Below, one piece after another: positions 1 through 10,175 of a DNA stretch of 64,000 nt. The notes under the pieces were generated by a model, which was given only the letters and a program-made list of their open reading frames with translations, was not told the origin of the DNA and made no database searches. The position numbers were made by a program, and so were the translations under genes. Each line of letters opens with the position of its first letter. Positions within the stretch are counted from its first letter, which is position 1. Source of the DNA: Nemertoderma westbladi. Lineage: Eukaryota; Animalia; Xenacoelomorpha. Location: positions 1 to 64,000 of the forward strand of contig JAUCBJ010008759.1 of NCBI GenBank assembly GCA_032718475.1. The letters run 5' to 3'.

Positions 1-28
1 TGTTTTCAATACAACAGAACTCAAGACA

Positions 29-780
29 ATGGCTGGGGCAGGAGTTGGTAAACCAATGAAAATTGTTTTGAAAGAAGATGCAAAACCCTTCATTGTCGGA
101 GCACCGAGACCAGTACCAATGGCCTATAGAGACAAGGCTGCTAAGGAGTTGAAGCGGATGGTCGATCAAGGTTGGATCTCTCCATTAGCTGATCGCCCTA
201 CAGAGTGGGCACATCCGATGGTTGTGGCACCAAAGCCTAATGGAGATGTGAGAATCTGTGCAGACTTAACAAAGCTGAATTCACAGGTAATACGCACATA
301 TCATCCTGTACAGCCGTCTTTTGAGGCAGTCGCCACCCTAGTAGCTGGTGGTGGCAATGAATGGTACTTCAAACTGGATGCATCAAAGGGCTACTACCAG
401 ATGCCATTAGCAGATGAATCAAAGACAATGACAACTTTTGCTACATGGCTTGGGTACTATTATTATAACAGAAGTCCAATGGGATTCACATATACAGGTG
501 ACTCTTACTCACTGAGAGGGGATGTAGCACTGAAAGGCATCAGCGATGTAGTGAAGCAAACTGACGACATTGCTGGAGGGGCCAAAACATTCAAGGACTG
601 CATGGCTAAGTTGATTACAGTCTTGGAGAGATGTAGAAAATATTCAATCACGCTGAACAAGGAGAAGGCTGAAATCTGCAAGAAAACAATCAAGTTTGTT
701 GGCTTCTTAATCAATGGCGAGGGCATCCATGCAGATCCAGAAAAAGTAAAAGCAATCCTTGAAATTCCCTCCACCATAAG
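29..780 (+). mobile_element. Ty3/Gypsy LTR retrotransposon pol fragment (reverse transcriptase), truncated before RNase H
   Basis: ORF 29-850 has Gypsy RT motifs WAHPMVVAPKPNGDVRICADLTKLN, FKLDASKGYYQ, TTFAT, PMG, xxDD (QTDD), FVGF, ADPEKVKAI. Similarity is lost after about 780. Confidence 0.9.
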
Positions 781-2638
781 CACATGGATATATTACAGTA
801 TAATGTTATATGGTTCCTACTACAATCCATACACATGTTACCGCTGGTAAATGGTCATTCAAGAATCGTTGAGGATGGAAAATCGTTTAGGTCAGGTCAG
901 GTATTCTAGGTCATTGATCAAGAAAACTTGCCATCTCCATGCAGCATGAAGGAGGTGCCACCTGCAGCTGCATAGACCCTCTTACTAGGGCAAATCTGGC
1001 CCTGTAACTACTAGGACCCCCTTCGTTCTAGGATAAGGACGCCCTTGGTCCTGGATTAAGGACCCATATACTTGGCTGTAGGGGTATATGGCCTGGCCAG
1101 GCAGATGGTGATCTACCAATGGCTGGTCAGGAGTAGAGTGTTCTCATGTCCACTCTGAGTGCACTTCACTGCGACCTGCACCTGGCAGCAGGGGTACAGG
1201 GCATGGCCCAGCAGATTAGCTGCACAGCCAATAGTGGGTCATGTGCGCCAGAGTAGATATGGGTGATGGGCCTCATATCTGACTCCACTGCGACACCCAC
1301 CCTGTGGAATGGCAAACCAGGGTGTGGTATTTGCCCCGAGAGCTGACTCGGCAAAAAGCACCCCCAACCCCCACTATGGATTACATTAGCAATGCGGAGG
1401 TCCGGCCACTAGAGGCCAGTGGAATTATCGGACAGAATCGGCCTCACAGGCTTCAGTTATCTCCTGACCGGCTGCCTGTCTCACCCCCTACTGGAGAGAG
1501 AGCAGCCAACAATTCTTTGAGTCCCGTTCCTGATGACCTTTCTGGCCCAAACCCTGGGTCACCACACCAGGGAGGCCAGATTGTGAGGGGGAGAGGGATT
1601 CTGGAGTTGGTGGCTACTCTCATGTTCCACCCTTACCAACAAAGCCATTGGTGAATCTGAGGCAAGTCACTAGACTAGCCTCAGAAACACCCTAATACTC
1701 GGGTCCCCAATGCGAGAAGGTGAGCTGACTGCCTTAGCAGATAAGTTAAATAAATTGGAGATGAGCTGTTGCAACTGTAATTAAAGGTGTAATATTATGG
1801 GTTTGTTCAGAAGCTTTCTCTTAGCGCAGTGGGTGTTCCAGAGCACCGAATGCAGACTGAACAGACTGATGAGGTTCTGATTAAGGACCTGGGGGGCGGT
1901 TGGCGACTCGCCTTCGCGTCAGCAGATGATAGTGGCAATGGTGGAATTGGTCTATTGATGAATCCATCTGCACATGCAGCATTGGACAAAATAGACCAAA
2001 TCTCTAACCGCATCATCCGTTGGTATACTTCTCATGTTCCGGAAGACTGGCTAAGAAGTTTCCTAATGTGGTTCTGATTGTGTGCTACTCTCCAACTAGT
2101 GTTGCCCCTGTAGAGGAGGTGGAAATTTCTACCACAATCTACAAGCAGCTACAGATGGAGTGGATCAGCATGCATTCTTAACATTCCTGGGAGACTTTAA
2201 TGCAAGTCTGCATCAATCACCTACATCGCCCTGGGTCTATAGCAATAGTGTTAACCGAAATTCCGTCCATCTTCAGGATTTTATCTCTGGAAATTGATTG
2301 TTTTCGGCTGGAACCCAGTTCAAGAAGCGAACTGGAAAGCCATGGACTCATAGTGGACCCAGTGGTCACAAGTCCCAGTTAGACCATATTCTGTTTCGTA
2401 GTAAATACAGGAGCTCTATACAAGACTGTAATGCATTTACACTTCGACCCTTCTCAAGTGATCACCGCCTTATTGTGGCCAAGGTACTTGTTCATAATTG
2501 TAGTTGACTATGTTCTACGCATGTCCTTAGATCATCATAATGATGATGGGGTGATGATATCTCCACCTACTGGCTCCAGAAGTCGAGGAAATCCTGCCAA
2601 GTACCTAACTGATCTAGACTTTGCTGATGACTTAGGAG

Positions 2639-4392
2639 TAGGGATGTCCCGGAATTCCGTTCCGGCCGGAATTCTGGCGGTTTTTGCCCGATTCCGGTTC
2701 CGGCCGGAATTGCCGGAATGGGGTCAATTCCGGCCGGAATTTTACCGGAATTGCAAGGTTCATATCTAGTTTGATAATTGCAATTAGTTTGTTAAATTAT
2801 TATCAACATTTATATATTTTTTAAACAATATTACCAATTAGTTTAAGATACTTTTCAACACTTGTAAACAAGTATAGAAATAAAGATTTCTTCAACCGTT
2901 AGAGCTCTAACATTTAAGGATGAAAGGCATAGATGTCCCCTGGTTAGCCCCTTCAAACCATTCGTGTCGAATCGAAGACTGTCTTGGCCCACATGCAGGG
3001 ATCGAACCCACGACCTCCAGATAGATTGGAAATCAATGCAACCACTACACTAAGGTGGAACCTAACTAACCATCTAACAAGGGAAAATTCGCAGCCACCC
3101 TGTTTATTAAAGTGAATTCAGTCTTGATGGGTATATGTAACACATTTCATTGTAACACTGGTAAGTCGTTTTCAGATATTGTCTTAGTCAGAATCTCAAA
3201 ATGAATGCCTCCTTGCTCCATTGGTAACACAAGTCATAAGTCATTTGATGAGAAAATATAAGATGCGTCTCACATTTACTGCATATTATTTATACCCAAA
3301 GTCACCAATCACAGGCCTCTTGCCGGATATAACACATGAGTCATATGTCGAAAGATGGAACATGGGACATAATCACTTGCGACTCATAGGTCGTAACTTA
3401 CGATTTACCAGTGGAGACGCTCCCATTGAAACCAATGTGTTACATAATTTATTCTGACTAAGACTACATAAGACTTACCAGAGGAGCACGGGCCTTAGCG
3501 GGTGGTTTTTCCAATTTAATTATTACAATTTGCTTATAAAATGGCGTTTTTTTTAGATTGATTTTACATTATTTGACATTGATTTTGTACATTATTTTAC
3601 ATTGAATTAATTATTAAATAATATGATAATTACAGGAGGCTAAATAAATTGCTAACCTTGTAAAGTTAGCAATGAAACTCGATTAACGATTAACACAATT
3701 ACAATTACTACTTTAACCTAAAACTAATATAAATATAAAACGTTTTTTTCAATACGTACAGGTCCTGCGAGTTATCGTTAGTTCAGTTCTGCGTCGTAGG
3801 TGCTGCATAATATAGTAGTTTTGTTTCTATTTACAGCAAATCCATTTCTTACCATAAATCTATTTATTCCCAGCAACAATTAAACTGTAACATGTGATGT
3901 ACTAGTGGCCTCGTTTATTGTTTTGGTTCGAATAACATGTCTCTGTAACATGCTCCTTTCCCTTAAAGACACCAGGATATTGCACCAATGGACCCAGTGA
4001 CGCGAAACCGTGGGTTTTTGGTTAACGTAGGTTTTTAGGTATGAGTCTAAAGGCTAAAAACCTAACTTTTGGCCAAGGTTATCGATTTTTGAAAAAAAAT
4101 GATATTGAATAATGCCGAAGTACTATCCCGTCACCATAATAGGCCATAACGGCCCAGGCCATTCTCCATTCCACCCACCTTAATTCCCCCCAAGGTTCTG
4201 ATTCATCTCATTATCAAACTTATAGCTGTAGAAATTAAAAAAATTCATCTGTTTCACAAAAAATTATACAGTTTTGTGGGTCATTTAGTGTATTTCACTA
4301 ATTATAGAGAATTCCGGCCGGAATATTCCGGCATGTTGAATTCCGGTTCCGGTTCCGGCCGGAATCAAAATATCGATTCCGGGACATCCCTA
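2639..4392. mobile_element. Non-autonomous hAT-type DNA transposon
   Basis: 17-bp TIRs TAGGGATGTCCCGGAAT (2639-2655) and ATTCCGGGACATCCCTA (4376-4392); perfect 8-bp TSD CTTAGGAG at 2631-2638 and 4393-4400; subterminal CCGGAATT repeats at both ends; no transposase ORF. Confidence 0.9.
2985..3062 (-). mobile_element. tRNA-derived SINE head / tRNA pseudogene inside the hAT element
   Basis: Minus strand reads ggttccaccttagtgtagtggttgc...gtcgtgggttcgatccctgc, with an A-box-like TAGTGTAGTGG and B box GGTTCGATCCC. Cloverleaf is imperfect. Confidence 0.6.
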
Positions 4393-5886
4393 CTTAGGAG
4401 TACTCTCAGAATCACTAGAGGGAGCCCAACGGATCCTCAGCTCATTAGAACATGCTGCTTCTAGTGTTGGTCTTTTTATTAACTCCAGAAAGACCAACAT
4501 TTTGACAGTTAAATTTGAAAGTCCTCAGCAAGTCTCTGATCGGATGAGCATAAGCTCAAAAGATGGTATGCTTGAGCATGTGGATGATTTCTGTTACCTG
4601 GGATCATGGATCCGGAAGTCAGGTGAGGACCTTCGAATACGTAAGGGAAAGGCATGGGCAGCCTTGAATAGGCTTTCCAGGATTTGGAAGTCAACGAGAA
4701 TTAATCGGAAACTTAAGGTCCGATTATTTAGAGCAGCAGTAGTAAGCAGTAGTGCATAATCTTGTACTTTGGCAGCCTCATGGAGTGAATAAGTATGGTG
4801 GACAGCCCATGACTTTCTTGAGACGCATCTTAAAGGACACTGGCCTTGAAGATGCGTATGATCAAGCAAATGTCATGGGTGATTGGGAGTTGTGGCGGCG
4901 CAATTCTGTTGACAAGCCGGCACAGCATTCTTAAAAATGCAGCTGCAATGCAGCATGCCGATCCTAGTAGTAGTCATGTAGTATATCTTATGCAAAGCTG
5001 CTCATTGGCTATTCTGAACTTGAGGGAAATTTCCCCAGATACTTCTATATCTAAAGCTCAAATTGTGTATATGCGTATCTATGTTTGTATAGCGTGCGAA
5101 GCGCGCCTGGCTTGCTTGCTAATTTATAAATGTGGAATTATTTTACCACTGGGATATTTTCACTATTAGATTACATTTTAAATACTCATAAATACTTTTT
5201 CTACTTTATTAAACTCCATTAATACTAACCAATAGAACCGGACGAATCTATGACGTAAGGATCTCAGGGTTTAATAATGTTGACTTGCTGAATTAATGAA
5301 AACCAACAAAGAATCTAAACGATACATTGAATATACTTAATGAATATACATTGAGATACTGAACTCTTTATTAACGAACCTTCTCGCGTAACGCCGTATC
5401 TCTCTCTGGTACCTCTCACACTTAATAATGGCAGCTCCAATCACAATTATACTAAACTACTCGTGTTTTTCAATAAGATATACTGTAATTTATAATAACA
5501 TTTCCATCTTCAACCCTAACGGATTTCTAACTGATCTATTCCTGATCATACGATCGTAACAAACACTGAAAATTTTTACAACGGCCGCCAAAAAATATGT
5601 TTATATCAAACACGTCCCTATAAAAGTAGTCAATATTCCGCTAAATTCATGGATGACACCGACCTTGACACCACTTAGGGATGTGATCCTACGCAATATA
5701 TTAATTACATCCACAATTACAAGCAAAAAACATTCGCAATCACTTTCACCTACATCAATCTTGCCTCAAATATATTATGAAATTCAATGTGAACCAGTTT
5801 TGTAGTACTTTATACTGTAGTACTGTACTTATTATATACTGTTCTTGTTTTATAAATGTTTTTATGTTTTAATTATTATTTTACAG

Positions 5887-6787
5887 GTTAATTGAAGAAA
5901 TGAGACGTCGCAGAGAAGCAGACAGGAAGGCATGGTTGCAGGGGAGTCCGCAAGGGGGCGCTGAGCAGTCTGGAAACCGGAGGGGATCGGCGATAGAAGA
6001 CAAGAGTCGGGAGATTGCAGCGCTGACTCAGGGAATCAGAGACGGGTTGCTACAGCAACGTCGGGCGTCGGCAGGGCAACCGGTGGAGTTGGAACGCCCC
6101 CCACCCCCGCTCCACTACGAGCCGACCACCCCGGGAACCATGGCGACGCCCCCAGACACCGCGGACCCCGCCGGCGCCTCGGTGCTCAAACGACCCGGGA
6201 CCCCCAGTCTATCGAAGAAGGTCACCTTCAACGAGGACGACTCCTTGGTCCATCTGTACCGGGACCGGGGAGACAGCATGGCCTCGTCCGAGTCGCCCGA
6301 GTACCGGCCGGACGCGGATGAGTACGTTCGAACCCGACCGGACCAGGATGAGTACGTTCGAACCCGGCCGGACTCGGAGCCGGCGACTCGCAGGGTGCCC
6401 CCTCCCGTGCTCCCGAAACCCACGCCCCCTCCCACAGCTCCCAAACCCTTCATGGGAGGAGGCCCTGCTCCCTATCAACAACCCCTCGACAACCTTGCTC
6501 CCTTCCACCCCGATACACTCCCCCCTCCTCCCCACCAACCCACTGACTTCGACTTCCCCCCCGACGAGTTCCCCCCGCCCCCCGTGGTTATCGGAGCCCA
6601 GGAGCTGTACCGAGACCCCCGGGACAAACTGCTCGCCCAGCGGCCCCCCTCCCCCCCAGACGACACTCCCAACGGTCTCTCCTTCAAAGATAAAATGAAA
6701 CGTTTCGGGGCTGAAGTTCCCGATGACGATCACGTTATTCGCAGCTCCAAGTGGGAGCGGAATTACCGCAACTCGTTAACCGACTAA
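5887..6787 (+). CDS. AFDN: Terminal coding exon of an afadin/AF-6/Canoe-like gene (proline-rich region and C-terminal F-actin-binding region)
   Basis: T-rich acceptor ...ttttacag|G at 5886/5887, in frame with ORF 5900-6787; GC-rich island. Peptides KKVTF, VIGAQELYRDPR, LSFKDKMKRF and IRSSKWER resemble the afadin/Canoe C-terminus as I recall it (VIGAQEVYRDPR...LSFKEKMKMF). Upstream exons lie outside the window. Confidence 0.8.
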
Positions 6788-6945
6788 CCGGTAATTATTA
6801 ACCGCTTAACCGGTAATTATTAACCGATTAACCGGTAATTATTAACCGATTAACCGGTAATTATTAACCGGTAATTATTAACCGATTAACCGGTAATTAT
6901 TAACCGATTAACCGGTAATTATTAACCGATTAACCGGTAATTTAT
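6785..6945 (+). repeat. 22-bp tandem repeat (taaccggtaattattaaccgat, ~7 copies) starting at the stop codon
   Basis: Directly visible tandem array. Confidence 0.95.
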
Positions 6946-7095
6946 AACCACTATACTCCGCTACTCATTCGCTCTGCGTCGGCACAGCTATTCCGCTATT
7001 AACGGTGATTTCGTTCCTTCACAGTGTCTTTCTGCGTTGCCAAGTTATTCCGGGGACTAATACTTTGGGATTATGGCAATATATATTTTTCTACA

Positions 7096-7200
7096 TAATT
7101 GTGTTGTTTACGGCCGTAATTGTGTTGTTTACGGCCGTAATTGTGTTGTTTACGGCCGTAATTGTGTTGTTTACGGCCGTAATTGTGTTGTTTACGGCCC
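7096..7200 (+). repeat. 21-bp minisatellite (taattgtgttgtttacggccg, x5)
   Basis: Directly visible; explains the VIVLFTA repeat ORF. Confidence 0.95.
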
Positions 7201-7382
7201 CAATCTATAGGCTCCACCTCCTGTGATTATTTATTTCGATTCTGAATCTTGGATTAGCTGGAATAAGATTAAGTGAAGTTCTGTTGTTGTTTTTCATATC
7301 AATTCCTATGGGTAAATTGGGTAAAATTGTTGGTTATATAACTATGATCCTTGGTTTTGTACCACCATAATAATTGTAAGGG

Positions 7383-7468
<86 letters not shown>
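7383..7468 (+). repeat. (GTCT)n microsatellite
   Basis: Directly visible. Confidence 0.98.
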
Positions 7469-7927
7469 ATACTTTGCATAACTATAAGATTTCGTTTTTT
7501 CTAAGTGAAATTCTTTTTAATTTATTATTTTTAATTTATTGATAACTGTGACCCAGAATATTATTCCTAGTATTAACATTCTGTTAAGTAATTATTTTAA
7601 AATTTATTTTAGATTGAAGTTATTTTACAAATATTATAAGAATAATAATTTATATATCTCTGAACATATTTCAGTGGTACGTTTGGAGGTTAGTAGTAAA
7701 TTATTACGCGCCGATTAAAGCTAGTAAACTTATTAACTGTAAAGTAAATTAAACGCTCATTAAGTGTTTAACATCGAATAATAATTTCATATAAAGCTCA
7801 CATTGCTCACAAACCTCGAGGTTTCCTTTGGATTGATTAGATTGGAACGTTTTTGGTGCGTTCTTATACGTTCGTTAACGTTTTTGTTATTATTTTTACC
7901 GTAGACGTTTTCCAGCTTTCTGAATTA

Positions 7928-8103
7928 ATAGGCCAACCTAATGTGAAACCCAGTAATTTAGAGTAATCAGGACTCAAACTATTTATATAGGCCAACCTAA
8001 TGTGAAACCCAGTAATTTAGAGTAATCAGGACTCAAACTATTTATATAACGCCTTAGTTTCAGTAATCAGGACTCAAACTATTTATATAACGCCTTAGTT
8101 TCA
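7928..8103 (+). repeat. Overlapping local tandem duplications (~59 bp x2 and ~41 bp x2)
   Basis: ataggccaacctaatgtgaaaccc... occurs twice; agtaatcaggactcaaactatttat occurs three times. Confidence 0.9.
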
Positions 8104-8772
8104 CATAGTATGTAATAGTTTATTCTGGATTTATTGTTTTGGTTGCCTTTTCGCCGATTATATGTGATTGTTTGCGCACAATTGTTAGAATTTGCTATGG
8201 AAACACAATCAGTATTTGTCATAGAAATCATCTTTATGTTGAACGTTGTGATTATGTATTTGAATGGTAACTGTATTTATCGTAACCTTGGTAACTGTAG
8301 CCTTTTACTTTAGTTATTGTTCTCGATTTATTGAACCGATATTTCGCAGGGATTATTATAATCTTCACCGTTTTTAGATTTTTTTATTTATTAGTCAATA
8401 ACGAATTTATATAATAATTGATTATGCATAGTGTTGATATTATTACAGTTTTTACCTAATCGGCTTGTATTAATTATTTTATTGGTTGCCTAAATCTATT
8501 AATTGTAGTGCTTTTATAATATTCATATTGTATTTCCCTTTTGTGGGAAATTTATTTTAATTTATGTGGCCTTATATTTAATGATTCATACATAATGGAA
8601 ATATTTGTACTGGATTTTGCTTGGGAGATTTTCTATAGGTCGCTAAGTAATTTTAGCTATTTTCGTAGACAGTGTTAGTGTGCATTGCAGTTTATATAAG
8701 TTGTTAAAATCTTGTAATATTAATTATAAATTATTATAGATATTAAAAGTTCTCGCTTGCTTTGAGAATAAT

Positions 8773-8778
8773 AATAAA
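8773..8778 (+). terminator. Candidate polyadenylation signal AATAAA of the afadin-like 3' UTR
   Basis: AATAAA at the end of a ~2-kb T-rich, UTR-like stretch. Other ATTAAA signals exist upstream. Confidence 0.35.
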
Positions 8779-8869
8779 CAATTGTCTATTATTTATAAGT
8801 TACTATATAATATTACGGTGTTTTTCATAAATTGAAAAAATGAGAAAGCGCGTCACCGGGGGTTGAACC

Positions 8870-8968
8870 AGCGCTATACGCACGTTTCGGCCACGTGTGG
8901 CTAAGTCACTGCACGAAGCGGACGACAGTGGCGGGCTTTTCGGCCTATCAGGCCTCTTCAGTAGCGCT
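8870..8968 (-). ncRNA. Minimal type I hammerhead ribozyme (intact core, expanded loop II)
   Basis: Minus strand: AGCGCUA-CUGAAGA-GGCC(UGAUA)GGCC-GAAA...insert...GGCC-GAAAC-GUGC-GUA^UAGCGCU. Perfect 7-bp stem I, canonical CUGANGA and GAAA boxes, 4-bp stem II, minimal stem III, GUA cleavage triplet. Confidence 0.75.
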
Positions 8969-9184
8969 TACTAGTTCAGCCACTTTCCCCTGACATTCAC
9001 TATCCCACCTAATCCACTTCTATTGAACAGGCAGTCTTAACAGGAGGGAAGTACAAATAACAGCTCGAGTATTGCTGCCAGGTGATATTAATTAAATAAA
9101 TTGGAGATGAGCTGTTAACTGCCTGTTAAATATTAGTGGAATAGATTGGAGAGTAAGTGTCAGGGGCAAGTGGCTGAACTGGTT

Positions 9185-9230
9185 GGCGCTACTGACACGG
9201 CCTGTTAGGCCGAAACATACGTACAGCGCT
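9185..9230 (+). ncRNA. Second hammerhead copy with mutated core (probably inactive)
   Basis: GGCGCUA-CUGACAC-GGCC(UGUUA)GGCC-GAAAC-AUAC-GUA-CAGCGCU. Same layout as the minus copy, but CUGANGA is changed to CUGACAC. Confidence 0.65.
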
Positions 9231-9475
9231 GGTTCAACCCCCGCCGACGTGTTTCCTCATTTTTTCAATTTCTGAACAAAACCATAATATTACATCTTTA
9301 ATTACAGTTGCATTAACAGCTCAACTCCAATTCATTTAAGTTACTATAGAAACTACAGACGACAGATGATCCACATATTCTGACATTTATCAGTAAAACA
9401 ATAATTTATATCGCTAAATATTTCTGCACTTAGGTGTGTCTCTATTGTATTCGGTCGGACTTATTATCTGCCAGC

Positions 9476-10175
9476 AAGATCCCAAGGCCCCCAAGATCCC
9501 AAGGCCCCCAAGATCCCAAGGCTCCCAAGATCCCAAGGCCCCCAAGATCCCAAGGCTCCCAAGATCCCAAGGCCCCCAAGATCCCAAGGCCCCCAAGATC
9601 CCAAGGCCCCCAAGATCCCAAGGCCCCCAAGATCCCAAGGCCCCCAAGATCCCAAGGCCCCCAAGATCCCAAGGCCCCCAAGATCCCATGGCCCCCAAGA
9701 TCCCAAGGCCCCCAAGATTCCAAGGCTCCCAAGATCCCAAGGCTCCCAAGATCCCAAGGCCCCCAAGGCTCCCAAGATCCCAAGGCCCCCAAGGCTCCCA
9801 AGATCCCAAGGCCCCCAAGATCCCAAGGCCCACAAGATCCCAAGGCTCCCAAGATCCCAAGGCCCCCAAGATCCCAAGGCTCCCAAGATCCCAAGGCCCC
9901 TAAGATCCCAAGGCCCCCAAGTCTCCCAAGATCCCAAGGCCCCCAAGATCCCAAGGCCCCCAAGATCCCAAGGCCCCCAAGATCCCAAGGCTCCCAAGAT
10001 CCCAAGGCCCCCAAGATCCCAAGGCCCCCAAGACCCCAAGATCCCAAGGCCCCCAAGATCCCAAGGCCCCCAAGATCCCAAGGCTCCCAAGATCCCCAGA
10101 TCCCAAGGCCCCCAAGATCCCAAGGCCCACAAGATCCCAAGGCTCCCAAGATCCCAAGACCCACAAGATCCCAAG
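9476..10175 (+). repeat. 17-bp minisatellite (cccaaggcccccaagat)n
   Basis: About 40 copies with variants. The 17-aa periodicity of the spurious ORFs fits a 17-nt unit. Confidence 0.97.

Larger units (their letters stand above)
1815..4935 (+). mobile_element. Decayed LINE (AP-endonuclease + RT, RTE-like), internally deleted and interrupted by a hAT element
   Basis: APE motifs across frames: GVPEHR, GGIGLL, YSPT (~2086), GDFNA (~2189), QLDHIL, SDH. RT motifs YLFIIVVDYVLR and DLDFADDL (ending 2638), resuming after 4400 with FCYLGS and KAWAALNRLSRIWKS. Multiple frameshifts. Confidence 0.8.
8805..9345. mobile_element. Inverted pair of tRNA-like/hammerhead SINE-like units (fold-back element)
   Basis: Arms ~8805-9045 (-) and ~9112-9300 (+) are diverged reverse complements. 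Each has an A-box-like TGGCTGAACT(G/A)G, the hammerhead, B box GGTTCAACCCC and a T6 run. The plus unit is bracketed by ~28-bp inverted repeats (9090-9118 and 9313-9340). Confidence 0.75.

Noticed and set aside
3158-3195. Possible hammerhead on the minus strand (CTGACTA-AGA..TCT-GAAA)
   Set aside because: Core deviates from CUGANGA and no convincing stems I/III were found.
6115-6733. Antisense and alternative-frame ORFs over the afadin-like exon
   Set aside because: Shadow ORFs of GC-rich coding sequence.
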